A stretch of DNA of 64,000 nt from a virus, in IMG/VR virus record IMGVR_UViG_3300017714_002439, one strand, 5' to 3'. Shown here piece by piece: positions 29,485 to 37,930 of this stretch. The stretch's first letter is position 1. Each line of letters starts with the position of its first letter. The notes beneath the pieces are model-generated. The model was not told the DNA's origin. It made no database searches and worked only from the letters and a program-made list of their open reading frames with translations. Both the position numbers and the translations under genes were made by a program.

Positions 29485-30495
29485 ATGGCAACACTAGCAG
29501 AAATACGTGCTAAATTACAAGCACAAGACTCACGCCCAAGCGGCGGGTCACAAACAGGCGATAACGCCATCTTTGCACATTGGAACATCGCAGAAGGTTC
29601 AAGTGCAACATTAAGATTCCTACCAGACGCAGACGAAAGCAATACGTTCTTTTGGAAAGAACGTCAAATGATTCGTTTGAGTTTTCCAGGAGTCAAAGGC
29701 CAAGACGAGAACAAACCAGTAATGGTTCAAGTTCCTTGTGTTGAAATGTGGGGCGAGCAATGTCCTGTTCACGCAGAGATTCGTCCTTGGTTTAAAGATC
29801 CAGCTTTAGAAGATACTGCACGTAAGTATTGGAAAAAGCGTAGTTATATCTTTCAAGGTTTTGTTACACAAAACGATTCACCAGAAGATAACATCCCTGA
29901 AAATCCAATTCGTAGGTTTGTTATTTCACCTCAAATTTATAAAATCATTAGTTCAGCATTAATGGATCCGGAGTTTGAAGAAATTCCTACAGACTATGAA
30001 GCTGGCACTGATTTTAAAGTGGTTAAATCTAGCAAAGGCGGATATGCTGATTATAGCACATCTAACTGGAGCAGACGTTCACGTGGTTTAGACCAAACAG
30101 AACGTGATGCAATTGCAGCCAATGGATTATATAATCTAAATGACTTCTTACCAAAGAAGCCAGACGCAGATCACTTAAATGCTATCTTTGAGATGTTTGA
30201 AGCAAGTGTAAATGGTGAACTTTATGATGTAGACCGTTTTGGATCGTTTTATCGTCCATACGGTGTAGATGCACCTACAGGTGCACCTAAAGTAACACCA
30301 GCACCAGCTGAACAAGTTGCGGCACCAGTTACAGCAGCGGCACCAGTTGCAGAAGCGGCTCCGGCAGCTCCAGTGGCACCAGTTGCTCCTGTTACACCTC
30401 CACCAGCACCAGCACCAGCTCCGGCTCCTGCTGCAGACAGTGGAACGGCACCGAGTGCAGAAGACATCCTAGCAGCGATTCGTAATCGTAAGTAA
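29485..30495 (+). CDS. Single-stranded DNA-binding protein (T4 gp32-like)
   Basis: ATLRFLP, PCVEMWGEQCPVH, KYWKKRSY, GTDFKVVK...GGYADYSTS; Ala/Pro-rich C-terminal linker. Confidence 0.9.
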   Translation: MATLAEIRAKLQAQDSRPSGGSQTGDNAIFAHWNIAEGSSATLRFLPDADESNTFFWKERQMIRLSFPGVKGQDENKPVMVQVPCVEMWGEQCPVHAEIRPWFKDPALEDTARKYWKKRSYIFQGFVTQNDSPEDNIPENPIRRFVISPQIYKIISSALMDPEFEEIPTDYEAGTDFKVVKSSKGGYADYSTSNWSRRSRGLDQTERDAIAANGLYNLNDFLPKKPDADHLNAIFEMFEASVNGELYDVDRFGSFYRPYGVDAPTGAPKVTPAPAEQVAAPVTAAAPVAEAAPAAPVAPVAPVTPPPAPAPAPAPAADSGTAPSAEDILAAIRNRK

Positions 30496-30501
30496 ATAAC
30501 A

Positions 30502-30536
30502 AAACTTGGGCATGCACAAGCATGTCCAAGTTTCTT
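30502..30536 (+). terminator. Hairpin/terminator between gp32 and uvsX
   Basis: aaacttgggcatgc-acaa-gcatgtccaagttt. Confidence 0.65.
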
Positions 30537-30551
30537 AGATTGGAGATATAA

Positions 30552-31652
30552 ATGGCAAAACCTTTTGACGTAAGCAAATTCCGTAAAAGTATTACTAAAT
30601 CTGTTCCAGGTTTAAGTGTTGGTTTTAACGATCCAGACACATGGATTTCAACAGGTAATTACACACTGAACAAATTGATCAGTAATGATTTTAACAAAGG
30701 TGTTCCTTTGGGTAAAGTTACTGTTCTTGCAGGAGAATCAGGTGCAGGTAAAAGTTATATAGCGGCAGGAAACGTAGTAAAAGCAGCACAAGACCAAGGT
30801 ATTTTTGTTGTCTTAATTGATAGTGAAAATGCACTTGATGAAAAATGGCTACATGCATTAGATGTAGATACAGCAGAAGATAAACTTCTAAAACTTAACA
30901 TGAGTATGATTGATGATGTTGCACGAACAGTAAGTGACTTCATGAAAGATTACAAAGCAGAATACACCGACAAAGACAAGGACGAACGTCCTAAAGTATT
31001 GTTTGTTGTGGATTCGCTAGGCATGTTACTTACTCCTACTGATGTAGATCAGTTCCAAAAAGGCGATATGAAGGGTGACATGGGTCGTAAGCCTAAGGCT
31101 CTAACTGCATTAGTAAGAAATACAGTAAACATGTTTGGCGAGTTCAATGTTGGTATGTTATGCACAAATCATACATACGCATCGCAAGATATGTTTGATC
31201 CAGATGATAAAATATCTGGTGGACAAGGCTTTATCTATGCAAGTAGTATTGTTATTGCAATGCGTAAACTTAAACTAAAAGTAGACGCAGATGGAAATAA
31301 AACATCACAAGTTCATGGTATTAGAGCGGCGTGTAAAGTAATGAAAACACGTTATTCTAAACCATTTGAAAGTGTGCAAGTTGAAATTCCATATGAAACA
31401 GGAATGAGTCCACACAGTGGATTAACAGATTTCTTTGAAGGCAAAGGTGCATTAAAGAAAACTGGTAATAGGCTTGAGTATACAAGTCCTGTAACTGGAG
31501 AAGTAATAACACAATTTCGTAAAGCATGGGAACATAACACAGATGGATGTTTAGATACTATTATGAATGAATGGGAAAAACAACCAGATGCTATTAAAGA
31601 CCATGACGGCGACAACGATGATACCCAGGAGGTAGTTAATGAATCTGAGTGA
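30552..31652 (+). CDS. uvsX: RecA-like recombinase UvsX
   Basis: Walker A AGESGAGKS, LIDSENAL, VVDSLG, GGQGFIYASS, KTRYSKPF. Confidence 0.92.
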   Translation: MAKPFDVSKFRKSITKSVPGLSVGFNDPDTWISTGNYTLNKLISNDFNKGVPLGKVTVLAGESGAGKSYIAAGNVVKAAQDQGIFVVLIDSENALDEKWLHALDVDTAEDKLLKLNMSMIDDVARTVSDFMKDYKAEYTDKDKDERPKVLFVVDSLGMLLTPTDVDQFQKGDMKGDMGRKPKALTALVRNTVNMFGEFNVGMLCTNHTYASQDMFDPDDKISGGQGFIYASSIVIAMRKLKLKVDADGNKTSQVHGIRAACKVMKTRYSKPFESVQVEIPYETGMSPHSGLTDFFEGKGALKKTGNRLEYTSPVTGEVITQFRKAWEHNTDGCLDTIMNEWEKQPDAIKDHDGDNDDTQEVVNESE

Positions 31653-31905
31653 TAACGATTTAGAGTTATTTTTACAGATATTTGATAAGGCAATTGCACA
31701 TATACCTGATAAAGCTAAAGAAAAATTTTCTGAAGACTTTATTTTTACACTAGATGATTATGGTGTAGATTTGAAAAGGCATGCAATTGAAATAGGTGAT
31801 CATGATGAACACTTAGATGAAGCACTTGCAGATCATTTTGAAGTTAATGAAGACCATGATTCTGATGAAGAATATGCAGAAGAATATTGGGAAGAAGACG
31901 AATAA
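31639..31905 (+). CDS. Small acidic hypothetical protein
   Basis: Overlaps uvsX end; RBS ggagg. Confidence 0.65.
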   Translation: MNLSDNDLELFLQIFDKAIAHIPDKAKEKFSEDFIFTLDDYGVDLKRHAIEIGDHDEHLDEALADHFEVNEDHDSDEEYAEEYWEEDE

Positions 31906-32363
31906 TGAGTGACTGGTATCGTAGAGTTTCAGGTAACATGGGAGAGATAGTTAACGCTATCTCTCACTATGAAAAAGAAATAGATCAAGCAAAGTTTGAA
32001 TGTAGTATGAAAGGTGTTTTAGAAAAGCAGAGTAGAGATATGCCTGGTATTGTAGAACATAGATTTAATCAATTACAAGAAGTAGAAGCGATACTAGAAC
32101 ACTTAAACACAGAAATGCGTAAATTACGTAGTCAAACATTTAGAAAGTTTTTAGAAAACTACAACAAGGCATTAAGTAGCCGTGATGCAGAAAAATATGT
32201 AGACGGAGAAGCACCAGTTGTGGATTTACAATATCTCATTAACGAATTTAGTTTAGTGAGAAACAAATATATTGGTATAATCAAAGCATTAGAGGCCAAG
32301 CAGTTTCAAATCAATAACGTAGTTAAACTACGTGCCGCAGGATTAGAAGATATATCACTCTGA
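31905..32363 (+). CDS. uvsY: Recombination mediator UvsY-like
   Basis: Real start probably the ATG at 31905 (TAATG overlap), not 31887. ALSSRDAEKYVDGE...KALEAKQFQINNVVKLRAAG matches UvsY. Confidence 0.75.
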   Translation: MSDWYRRVSGNMGEIVNAISHYEKEIDQAKFECSMKGVLEKQSRDMPGIVEHRFNQLQEVEAILEHLNTEMRKLRSQTFRKFLENYNKALSSRDAEKYVDGEAPVVDLQYLINEFSLVRNKYIGIIKALEAKQFQINNVVKLRAAGLEDISL

Positions 32364-32369
32364 TAAATA
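32362..32369 (+). promoter_or_regulatory. Late promoter
   Basis: GATAAATA upstream of 32412. Confidence 0.5.
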
Positions 32370-32411
32370 ATACTGAGCACAATGATGTGTTACTAAACTC
32401 AAGAGTAATAA

Positions 32412-33116
32412 ATGCCCTCACCATTTAAAAAACCCTGGCACTTCGATAAATTCAAAGAAGATAAAGAAGGCGACTATGTTAAAATAGTAGGGATATTAGC
32501 AGGTGACTGGAAAGCAGAAATAGAACACGCTCGTAGCAAAGGTGTAACAAATCAAAACTACAACGAACAAAGATACGAGCATGCGGCTAATGTTAAAAGC
32601 AAAGATCATGTTGTAGAAGATGCAGACAATCCAGATGGAAAGCCAGAAGCAACTATGTTTCGTAAAGTTAATTACGATAAGTTTCCAGGAGAGTTTCCAC
32701 AGTTTACAAAGATTACAGACATGTTTTGTTTCAACACAGATGAGAAACTAACATGTAAATTTAACGATCAGTATCCAAATGATCAGCTAATGTGGCACAT
32801 TGATAACTTACCCGGAAACCCACGCAAGGATAGAGTTATTGATAACCCAGAGTTTAAGTATCAGCATCCTGATAAGATACGTTTTTTAATTACATTAGAA
32901 GATTGGGAGCCAGGACAGATATTTCAATTTGGTAATCGTGTATATACACAATGGAAAGCAGGAACAATATTTGCATGGGAATGGAGCACACTGCCGCATG
33001 TTACATGGAATGGTAGTTGGACTAAAAGACCTTGTTTGCAGATAACAGGAACAGCAACAGAAACAACATGGAATTTGGTTGCAAAAGGTAATAAAGAAAC
33101 TATATATAAAATTTAA
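32412..33116 (+). CDS. 2OG-Fe(II) oxygenase/cupin-fold protein
   Basis: HxD (WHIDN), RFLITLEDWEPGQIF, distal His (LPHVTWN), R (KRPCLQITG). Confidence 0.7.
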   Translation: MPSPFKKPWHFDKFKEDKEGDYVKIVGILAGDWKAEIEHARSKGVTNQNYNEQRYEHAANVKSKDHVVEDADNPDGKPEATMFRKVNYDKFPGEFPQFTKITDMFCFNTDEKLTCKFNDQYPNDQLMWHIDNLPGNPRKDRVIDNPEFKYQHPDKIRFLITLEDWEPGQIFQFGNRVYTQWKAGTIFAWEWSTLPHVTWNGSWTKRPCLQITGTATETTWNLVAKGNKETIYKI

Positions 33117-33135
33117 AAAAAGTTTAAAAAAAAGG

Positions 33136-33164
33136 TTGACCTTTTGTTAAAAGTATTGTATATT
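33136..33164 (+). promoter_or_regulatory. sigma70 promoter of the candidate ncRNA
   Basis: TTGACC-N17-TATATT with upstream A-tracts. Confidence 0.7.
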
Positions 33165-33170
33165 AATAAA

Positions 33171-33390
33171 CATAAGCAACAAAGAGTTTAGCGGCTCAAT
33201 GTTTATAGTGCAAGGAAGAGGCGTTACCTAGGCGTCGAACTTGACTGCTCAGGGGTTATACCCAGGCTTTACCCGGAAAACGGAGGGAGTCACATTGCGG
33301 ATACGCAGGAGTAGGTGGTAGTGTAGTTAGAAAAGGTATCTAGATGTGCTACTTGGAGGTGCACCCCAGTCCTCCCTATTTTGCTTATTT
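33171..33390 (+). ncRNA. Candidate structured non-coding RNA (~220 nt), family unidentified
   Basis: About 50% GC (99/200 counted for 33181-33380) in an AT-rich genome; own promoter and terminator; ends pair (ataagcaa/ttgcttat); several internal hairpins; no convincing ORF. Confidence 0.7.
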
Positions 33391-33419
33391 AAAAACCCAG
33401 TTTTAGGACTGGGTTTTTT
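33391..33419 (+). terminator. Intrinsic terminator
   Basis: aaaaacccagt-tttagg-actgggttttt. Confidence 0.85.
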
Positions 33420-33434
33420 CTTGACTAAAAAAGG

Positions 33435-33463
33435 TTGACAAGTAAGACTTCTTACCGTATACT
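33435..33463 (+). promoter_or_regulatory. sigma70 early promoter with spacer palindrome
   Basis: TTGACA-N17-TATACT; GTAAGA-CT-TCTTAC. Confidence 0.85.
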
Positions 33464-33496
33464 GTTATTATAAAGTTTAATTAGCAGGAGAATACT

Positions 33497-34231
33497 ATGC
33501 CAGCAACACAAGTAAAAAATGATATAAGCAATTATACACCAGCTGAAATACTAGCTATCTCATTTGAGGTGTTTGATGCACAAGGTTTTGTTAAAAGTGG
33601 ATTTGGGTATAAAGAACCTACTAATACAGTAGACGAAGAAGGAAATCAAATTTACACTGATATTAAAGATAACAAAACAGTTATTCTTGAAACAGTAAAA
33701 AACTTTAATGGAAAATACATTCCTAATCAAAAATACGTAGATCAAGCAACAGCAGAAATTGAACGCATTAATGGTAAATTAATGATGAAGAAACTAAGTG
33801 GTGATCTTAGTAATTTTGAAGGTGGATTAGTTAAAGCATTAGAAGAAGATGTTAACAACTTCCATGTAAGTATTATTGCAAGTGTTCCAAATTCAGTTAA
33901 GATTGATAAGAAGCGTGAAGCACTAAATGACAGATTAATTCAACTAAAACATACCAGTCAATTTATAGGTAAAAAAGGTGTTCGTTACGATATAGATGTT
34001 GATGTAATTGATGTTAAATTTATTCAATCTAGCGATGTTTATATGATTACGTGTGTATCAGATAACAGAGATATTGTTAAGTTTTGGTGGAGAGAACAGC
34101 CAGATTTAACTGATATTATTGAAGGTAAAACAATATCAATTCGTGGAACAGTAAATAAGCAAGAAATCAGCAAATACAGTAACGCAAAAGAGACTCTTTT
34201 CAATAGAGTTAAGCTATCTAATATAAAATAA
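33497..34231 (+). CDS. Hypothetical early protein (possible C-terminal OB fold)
   Basis: RBS aggag; beta-rich C-terminus (ISIRGTVNKQE...TLFNRVK). Confidence 0.7.
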   Translation: MPATQVKNDISNYTPAEILAISFEVFDAQGFVKSGFGYKEPTNTVDEEGNQIYTDIKDNKTVILETVKNFNGKYIPNQKYVDQATAEIERINGKLMMKKLSGDLSNFEGGLVKALEEDVNNFHVSIIASVPNSVKIDKKREALNDRLIQLKHTSQFIGKKGVRYDIDVDVIDVKFIQSSDVYMITCVSDNRDIVKFWWREQPDLTDIIEGKTISIRGTVNKQEISKYSNAKETLFNRVKLSNIK

Positions 34232-34288
34232 TTTCAAAAAAAAATGCTAAATGCTTGAAAAATAAGGGTTTTTTTCTTGCTGATTTAG

Positions 34289-34317
34289 TTGACAACCAAG
34301 ACATCTTGCTGTATAAT
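34289..34317 (+). promoter_or_regulatory. sigma70 early promoter with spacer palindrome
   Basis: TTGACA-N17-TATAAT; CAAGA-CA-TCTTG. Confidence 0.85.
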
Positions 34318-34350
34318 ATAACTATATTAACAATAAAAAAGGACGTAAAA

Positions 34351-34701
34351 ATGGCACAATTTAAACTATACCAAATACACTTAACAGATGCTGAAATTGA
34401 CTTAATTAATGCAGAAGGACATGATGCAGTTCATAAACAGTCTTTAAAATTAGATATGAATTTGCGTAAAACTGATACAGGTGCAGTTGCCAGCGATGCG
34501 TTTACTCGTGGGTATTACACACACGTATCAAACATTACTGCTGATGATCTTAATGGTGTATTTCATATAGGTAACATGGGTCCAGAAGAAAATATTGAGA
34601 GATTAGCTCCAATGTATTCATGTTCAGTAGGCGACATTATTGAAGACGAAGTAGGTAACAAACAAGTTGTTGCTAACTTTGGTTTTGCGGAAGTGGCGTA
34701 A
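34351..34701 (+). CDS. Hypothetical early protein (116 aa)
   Basis: Start reassigned from 34255 to the ATG at 34351 (RBS aagga, downstream of the 34289 promoter). Confidence 0.7.
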   Translation: MAQFKLYQIHLTDAEIDLINAEGHDAVHKQSLKLDMNLRKTDTGAVASDAFTRGYYTHVSNITADDLNGVFHIGNMGPEENIERLAPMYSCSVGDIIEDEVGNKQVVANFGFAEVA

Positions 34702-34709
34702 ATAAAAGG

Positions 34710-34738
34710 TTGACAAGTAAGAAGTCTTACTGTAATAT
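34710..34738 (+). promoter_or_regulatory. sigma70 early promoter with spacer palindrome
   Basis: TTGACA-N17-TAATAT; AGTAAGA-AG-TCTTACT. Confidence 0.8.
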
Positions 34739-34773
34739 ATTAATATAAACTAAAAAACAGGAGTTTTTAATAA

Positions 34774-35640
34774 ATGACACAGATGCAATTAAAAAAAGTT
34801 CGTAAAAGTAAAAAAGGCGAAACAATTGTTGAAGTTCTTCCTAATAATGTGAAGGATAATCCAAACGAAACAGATGCACAAATTATTGAGCGTATGAGAG
34901 AACGTTTTAATATTTTAGACGATATGACACAAGCATCAATTGATGGTGTTGTTAGAGGTATGGTAGTAACAGGACCTCCAGGAGTTGGTAAGTCATTTGG
35001 TGTTGAACAAGTATTAGAAAAGAATAACTTGTTTGATAAAATTGCTGGTAACAAATTAAAGTTTGAAGTCATTAAAGGTGCCAGTTCTGCAATAGGATTA
35101 TATAAAGTATTGTATGATAATGCAGATAAAAATAGTGTCCTAGTTTTAGATGACTGTGATACAGTGTTGTATGATGAGACAAGTCTTAACTTGCTTAAAG
35201 CGGCACTTGACTCTTGTAAGAAAAGAAAACTAAGTTGGAACACAGATAGTGCATTACTAAGACGTGAAGGTATTCCAGATACTTTTGAATTTAAAGGTAG
35301 TGTTATCTTTATTACTAACCTTAAGTTTGATAATGTTAGAGGTAAGATTAAAGATCACTTAGCGGCAATCATGTCAAGATGTCATTACTTAGATCTTACA
35401 ATGGATACAATGCGTGAGAAAGTTCTAAGATGTAAGCAGATTGTTGCAGATGGTATGCTTAATGAATATCAGTTTACACAAGAAGAACAAGACGACTTAA
35501 TGAACTTTATGTTTGAGAACAAAGAAAAGATGAGAGAGATTAGTTTGAGAATGGTAACTAAACTTGCAGATCTTAAGAAAAGTTTTGGAACTGACAAGTG
35601 GAAAAGAACTGCAGAAGTCACATGTATGCGTAGAGTATAA
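34774..35640 (+). CDS. AAA+ ATPase
   Basis: Walker A GPPGVGKS, Walker B VLVLDDCD, sensor VIFITN, Arg finger AIMSRC. Confidence 0.85.
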   Translation: MTQMQLKKVRKSKKGETIVEVLPNNVKDNPNETDAQIIERMRERFNILDDMTQASIDGVVRGMVVTGPPGVGKSFGVEQVLEKNNLFDKIAGNKLKFEVIKGASSAIGLYKVLYDNADKNSVLVLDDCDTVLYDETSLNLLKAALDSCKKRKLSWNTDSALLRREGIPDTFEFKGSVIFITNLKFDNVRGKIKDHLAAIMSRCHYLDLTMDTMREKVLRCKQIVADGMLNEYQFTQEEQDDLMNFMFENKEKMREISLRMVTKLADLKKSFGTDKWKRTAEVTCMRRV

Positions 35641-35661
35641 TAACAAAATACGATACATGGT

Positions 35662-35686
35662 AAAAGGCCCTTAACGGGCCTTTTTT
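35662..35686. terminator. Bidirectional terminator
   Basis: aaaaggccc-ttaac-gggcctttt between convergent genes. Confidence 0.8.
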
Positions 35687-36801
35687 AATTGCTCTGCTAA
35701 TTCAGGATTGTAATCTTCCAGCCGTGTTCCATACATACGATCTGATATTTTTATTAAATCAATAAATTCCTGCCATTTCTTTGGATTATACTTTCTTTCT
35801 TGGCGTCCTTGAAAGTAACTTCGAACTTCAGGACAATCGTTTGATTCTAATATCCACGCTTCATACCAATCTGGTGCATGACAAACACTAAGATCACCTT
35901 CTCCCCAATTACTAAATGTTTCAAGTTCGTTTTGTTTGAACCACTGTATAGTATCAGTATAATTATTTAAATTAAGCAACGTAAATGTATTTAAAAATGT
36001 AAACCAATTAATATTGTCAAACGTAGATTTTATTGTGTTTGCATTTTCAATAATAGTTTCAAAGTTACTGCCCCATCGTTGATAATCGTTGTATTTGTAA
36101 ATTCCATCACAGCTAATTATAAAATTTAATTCTTTTACACTGTGCATTATATCTAGGGTTTCTCCCTTGGGTAAAATAGTAGCATTAGTATTATATAGTA
36201 GACTTAAATTCTGCTTGTTTGGAAACTTCTTTAAGAATGGTAAATGATGTTTTGATAACAACGGTTCACCACCAACAAACTTAATTTGTTCTACATGACT
36301 TAGATCAAATTCATCAAGTAAATCTGGGTCAAACACCCAGGTTGGATGCACATTCTTACCTAACAATTGATCTCGACGCCGTAATTTAGTTGAATTAAAA
36401 CTGCTACACATCTTGCATTCTAGGTTGCATGTGTTGTCTAGACTTACTTCAATATACTTTGTATGGAAGAATTCTTGTGTTAAACTTTCTCTGGCTATAT
36501 CGTATGAATCATTTGCACTTGTTCGCATTGACTTTCCGTGTATTTTGTCATCTTCATAACAGTTTATACATCCTTTAACAGGTATTCCTGCCAGCATCTC
36601 ACTTCTAATTTGACGGAATGCACTTTGATTCATGCGTTCAAGCAACTGTTTGCCATCTTCAATTTCACTGTCATCTTGTCGCATGTTATCCCATTCTTCT
36701 TGATTGAATTTACAACACGGACTTACACCACCGGTTTGTCCATCATAACTTGGATCTAACCGTAAATGCACCCAAGGAAGACTACAAAAATAATTATTCA
36801 T
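35671..36801 (-). CDS. Radical SAM protein with N-terminal Twitch/SPASM-like domain
   Basis: CNLECKMC (CxxxCxxC), FVGGEPLL, YNTNAT; N-terminal CSLPW...PCC...CINC. Confidence 0.9.
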   Translation of the reverse strand: MNNYFCSLPWVHLRLDPSYDGQTGGVSPCCKFNQEEWDNMRQDDSEIEDGKQLLERMNQSAFRQIRSEMLAGIPVKGCINCYEDDKIHGKSMRTSANDSYDIARESLTQEFFHTKYIEVSLDNTCNLECKMCSSFNSTKLRRRDQLLGKNVHPTWVFDPDLLDEFDLSHVEQIKFVGGEPLLSKHHLPFLKKFPNKQNLSLLYNTNATILPKGETLDIMHSVKELNFIISCDGIYKYNDYQRWGSNFETIIENANTIKSTFDNINWFTFLNTFTLLNLNNYTDTIQWFKQNELETFSNWGEGDLSVCHAPDWYEAWILESNDCPEVRSYFQGRQERKYNPKKWQEFIDLIKISDRMYGTRLEDYNPELAEQLKKAR

Positions 36802-36806
36802 ACTAA

Positions 36807-36821
36807 TATTTATAATAAATA
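36807..36821. promoter_or_regulatory. Overlapping divergent late promoters
   Basis: TATAAATA on minus (36814-36807) and AATAAATA on plus (36814-36821), each 5 nt from an ATG. Confidence 0.6.
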
Positions 36822-36826
36822 TTATT

Positions 36827-37546
36827 ATGTCAAAAATAGCATTTATAGGTGATAGTTTTTCTGCATATAAACAAGCAGGTCAATTTGAAAATCATTGGTC
36901 ATGGAAATTAGCACAAAAATATCCACAACATACATATATAAATTATGCCACGGGCGGAATAGGGCATAACTATTATCAGTATGCTTTACTTGATGCAAAA
37001 ATGAATGGAGTAGATATTGTATTTGTTAGCAGAACATACAACCATCGTGTAGGCTTTCTTATTAATGATTATGAATTCAAATTTAATAAAGAAGCTCTAA
37101 CAGATAATTACACACTAGCATGTCTACAAGGTGACAGGTATGTATATTATTGTGGTTCTTCTGTATCTGGTGCTAAACATTTTTTACAAAGGTCATCAAC
37201 ATTTTTAAATTTAAGTAAATCTTTAAATCAGAAAATAGTAGATATATTACAGAATAAGAGTGTTTCGTTAACTAGTCAACAATACAATGATAAATGGTTT
37301 GATAACATAAAGGATTTATATAATTTTAAACACATAATACCATTAGAACTAATGAATATCACAGACGATAATGCTTTTAAACAAATGGCATCAGCACATG
37401 GTGTTGATAATTGTGAAATTGATGCTGACATGTTTAACTCTGGATTAATAGTATCTTTAACTGATAATCATTTGTCTCCCAAAGGTAATGATTGGGTTCT
37501 AGAAAATTATATTTTGACACTTGACACTATTAAGATACTAGAATAA
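36827..37546 (+). CDS. SGNH/GDSL hydrolase-like protein
   Basis: IAFIGDSFS block I, NYATGGIG block II, DNHLSPKGN block V. Confidence 0.65.
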   Translation: MSKIAFIGDSFSAYKQAGQFENHWSWKLAQKYPQHTYINYATGGIGHNYYQYALLDAKMNGVDIVFVSRTYNHRVGFLINDYEFKFNKEALTDNYTLACLQGDRYVYYCGSSVSGAKHFLQRSSTFLNLSKSLNQKIVDILQNKSVSLTSQQYNDKWFDNIKDLYNFKHIIPLELMNITDDNAFKQMASAHGVDNCEIDADMFNSGLIVSLTDNHLSPKGNDWVLENYILTLDTIKILE

Positions 37547-37549
37547 ATA
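37542..37549 (+). promoter_or_regulatory. Late promoter 5 nt before ATG 37555
   Basis: AATAAATA-ttaac-ATG. Confidence 0.5.
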
Positions 37550-37554
37550 TTAAC

Positions 37555-37887
37555 ATGGAATTTATAATTAAAGCAATCATAGGTGGACTAATCGTTGCAG
37601 GAGTTGTTACAGCGGCTCAGCGTGGAAACCCTACACTAGGCGCTTTAATACTTGGCATACCACTAGGTAGTGTTATCAGTCTTATCTTTATGTATTACTC
37701 AGGAGTTGATGTTAAAACATTTCAACAACTAGCACAAGAAACAGTTTATTTTGTTTTAGTTAGTTTGGTATTCTTTCCATTATTTGTTATTACATTAAAT
37801 CACTGGAATTTTTGGATGGCAATGTTAAGCTCTATTTCAGTAACAATGGTTGCATTATTATTCCTAAAACATTTCTTAGAAGGTTAA
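37555..37887 (+). CDS. Small 4-TM membrane protein (DUF3147-like)
   Basis: Four hydrophobic segments; KAIIGGLIVA...PTLGALILGIPLGS pattern. Confidence 0.65.
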   Translation: MEFIIKAIIGGLIVAGVVTAAQRGNPTLGALILGIPLGSVISLIFMYYSGVDVKTFQQLAQETVYFVLVSLVFFPLFVITLNHWNFWMAMLSSISVTMVALLFLKHFLEG

Positions 37888-37895
37888 TAGATCAA

Positions 37896-37924
37896 TTGAC
37901 AACTAAACTAAACTGTAGTATACT
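37896..37924 (+). promoter_or_regulatory. sigma70 promoter of uvsW (predicted leaderless mRNA)
   Basis: TTGACA-N17-TATACT-N6-ATG. Confidence 0.8.
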
Positions 37925-37930
37925 TGTAGT

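Noticed and set aside
33171-33390. tRNA, tmRNA, RNase P, 6S, SRP or self-splicing intron identity for the GC-rich tract
   Set aside because: No T-loop GTTC(G/A)A, no CCA acceptor, no GAGGAAAGUC or CAGAA RNase P cores, not a single rod, and no P/Q/R/S or domain V motifs.
34255-34350. Track-predicted N-terminal extension of the 34255 ORF (likewise 31887, 41115, 42132)
   Set aside because: The extensions overlap promoters or upstream genes and lack an RBS; downstream ATGs fit better.
37514-37549. Tandem TTGACA boxes as a sigma70 promoter
   Set aside because: No acceptable -10 at 16-18 nt; the AATAAATA late-type element explains 37555 better.
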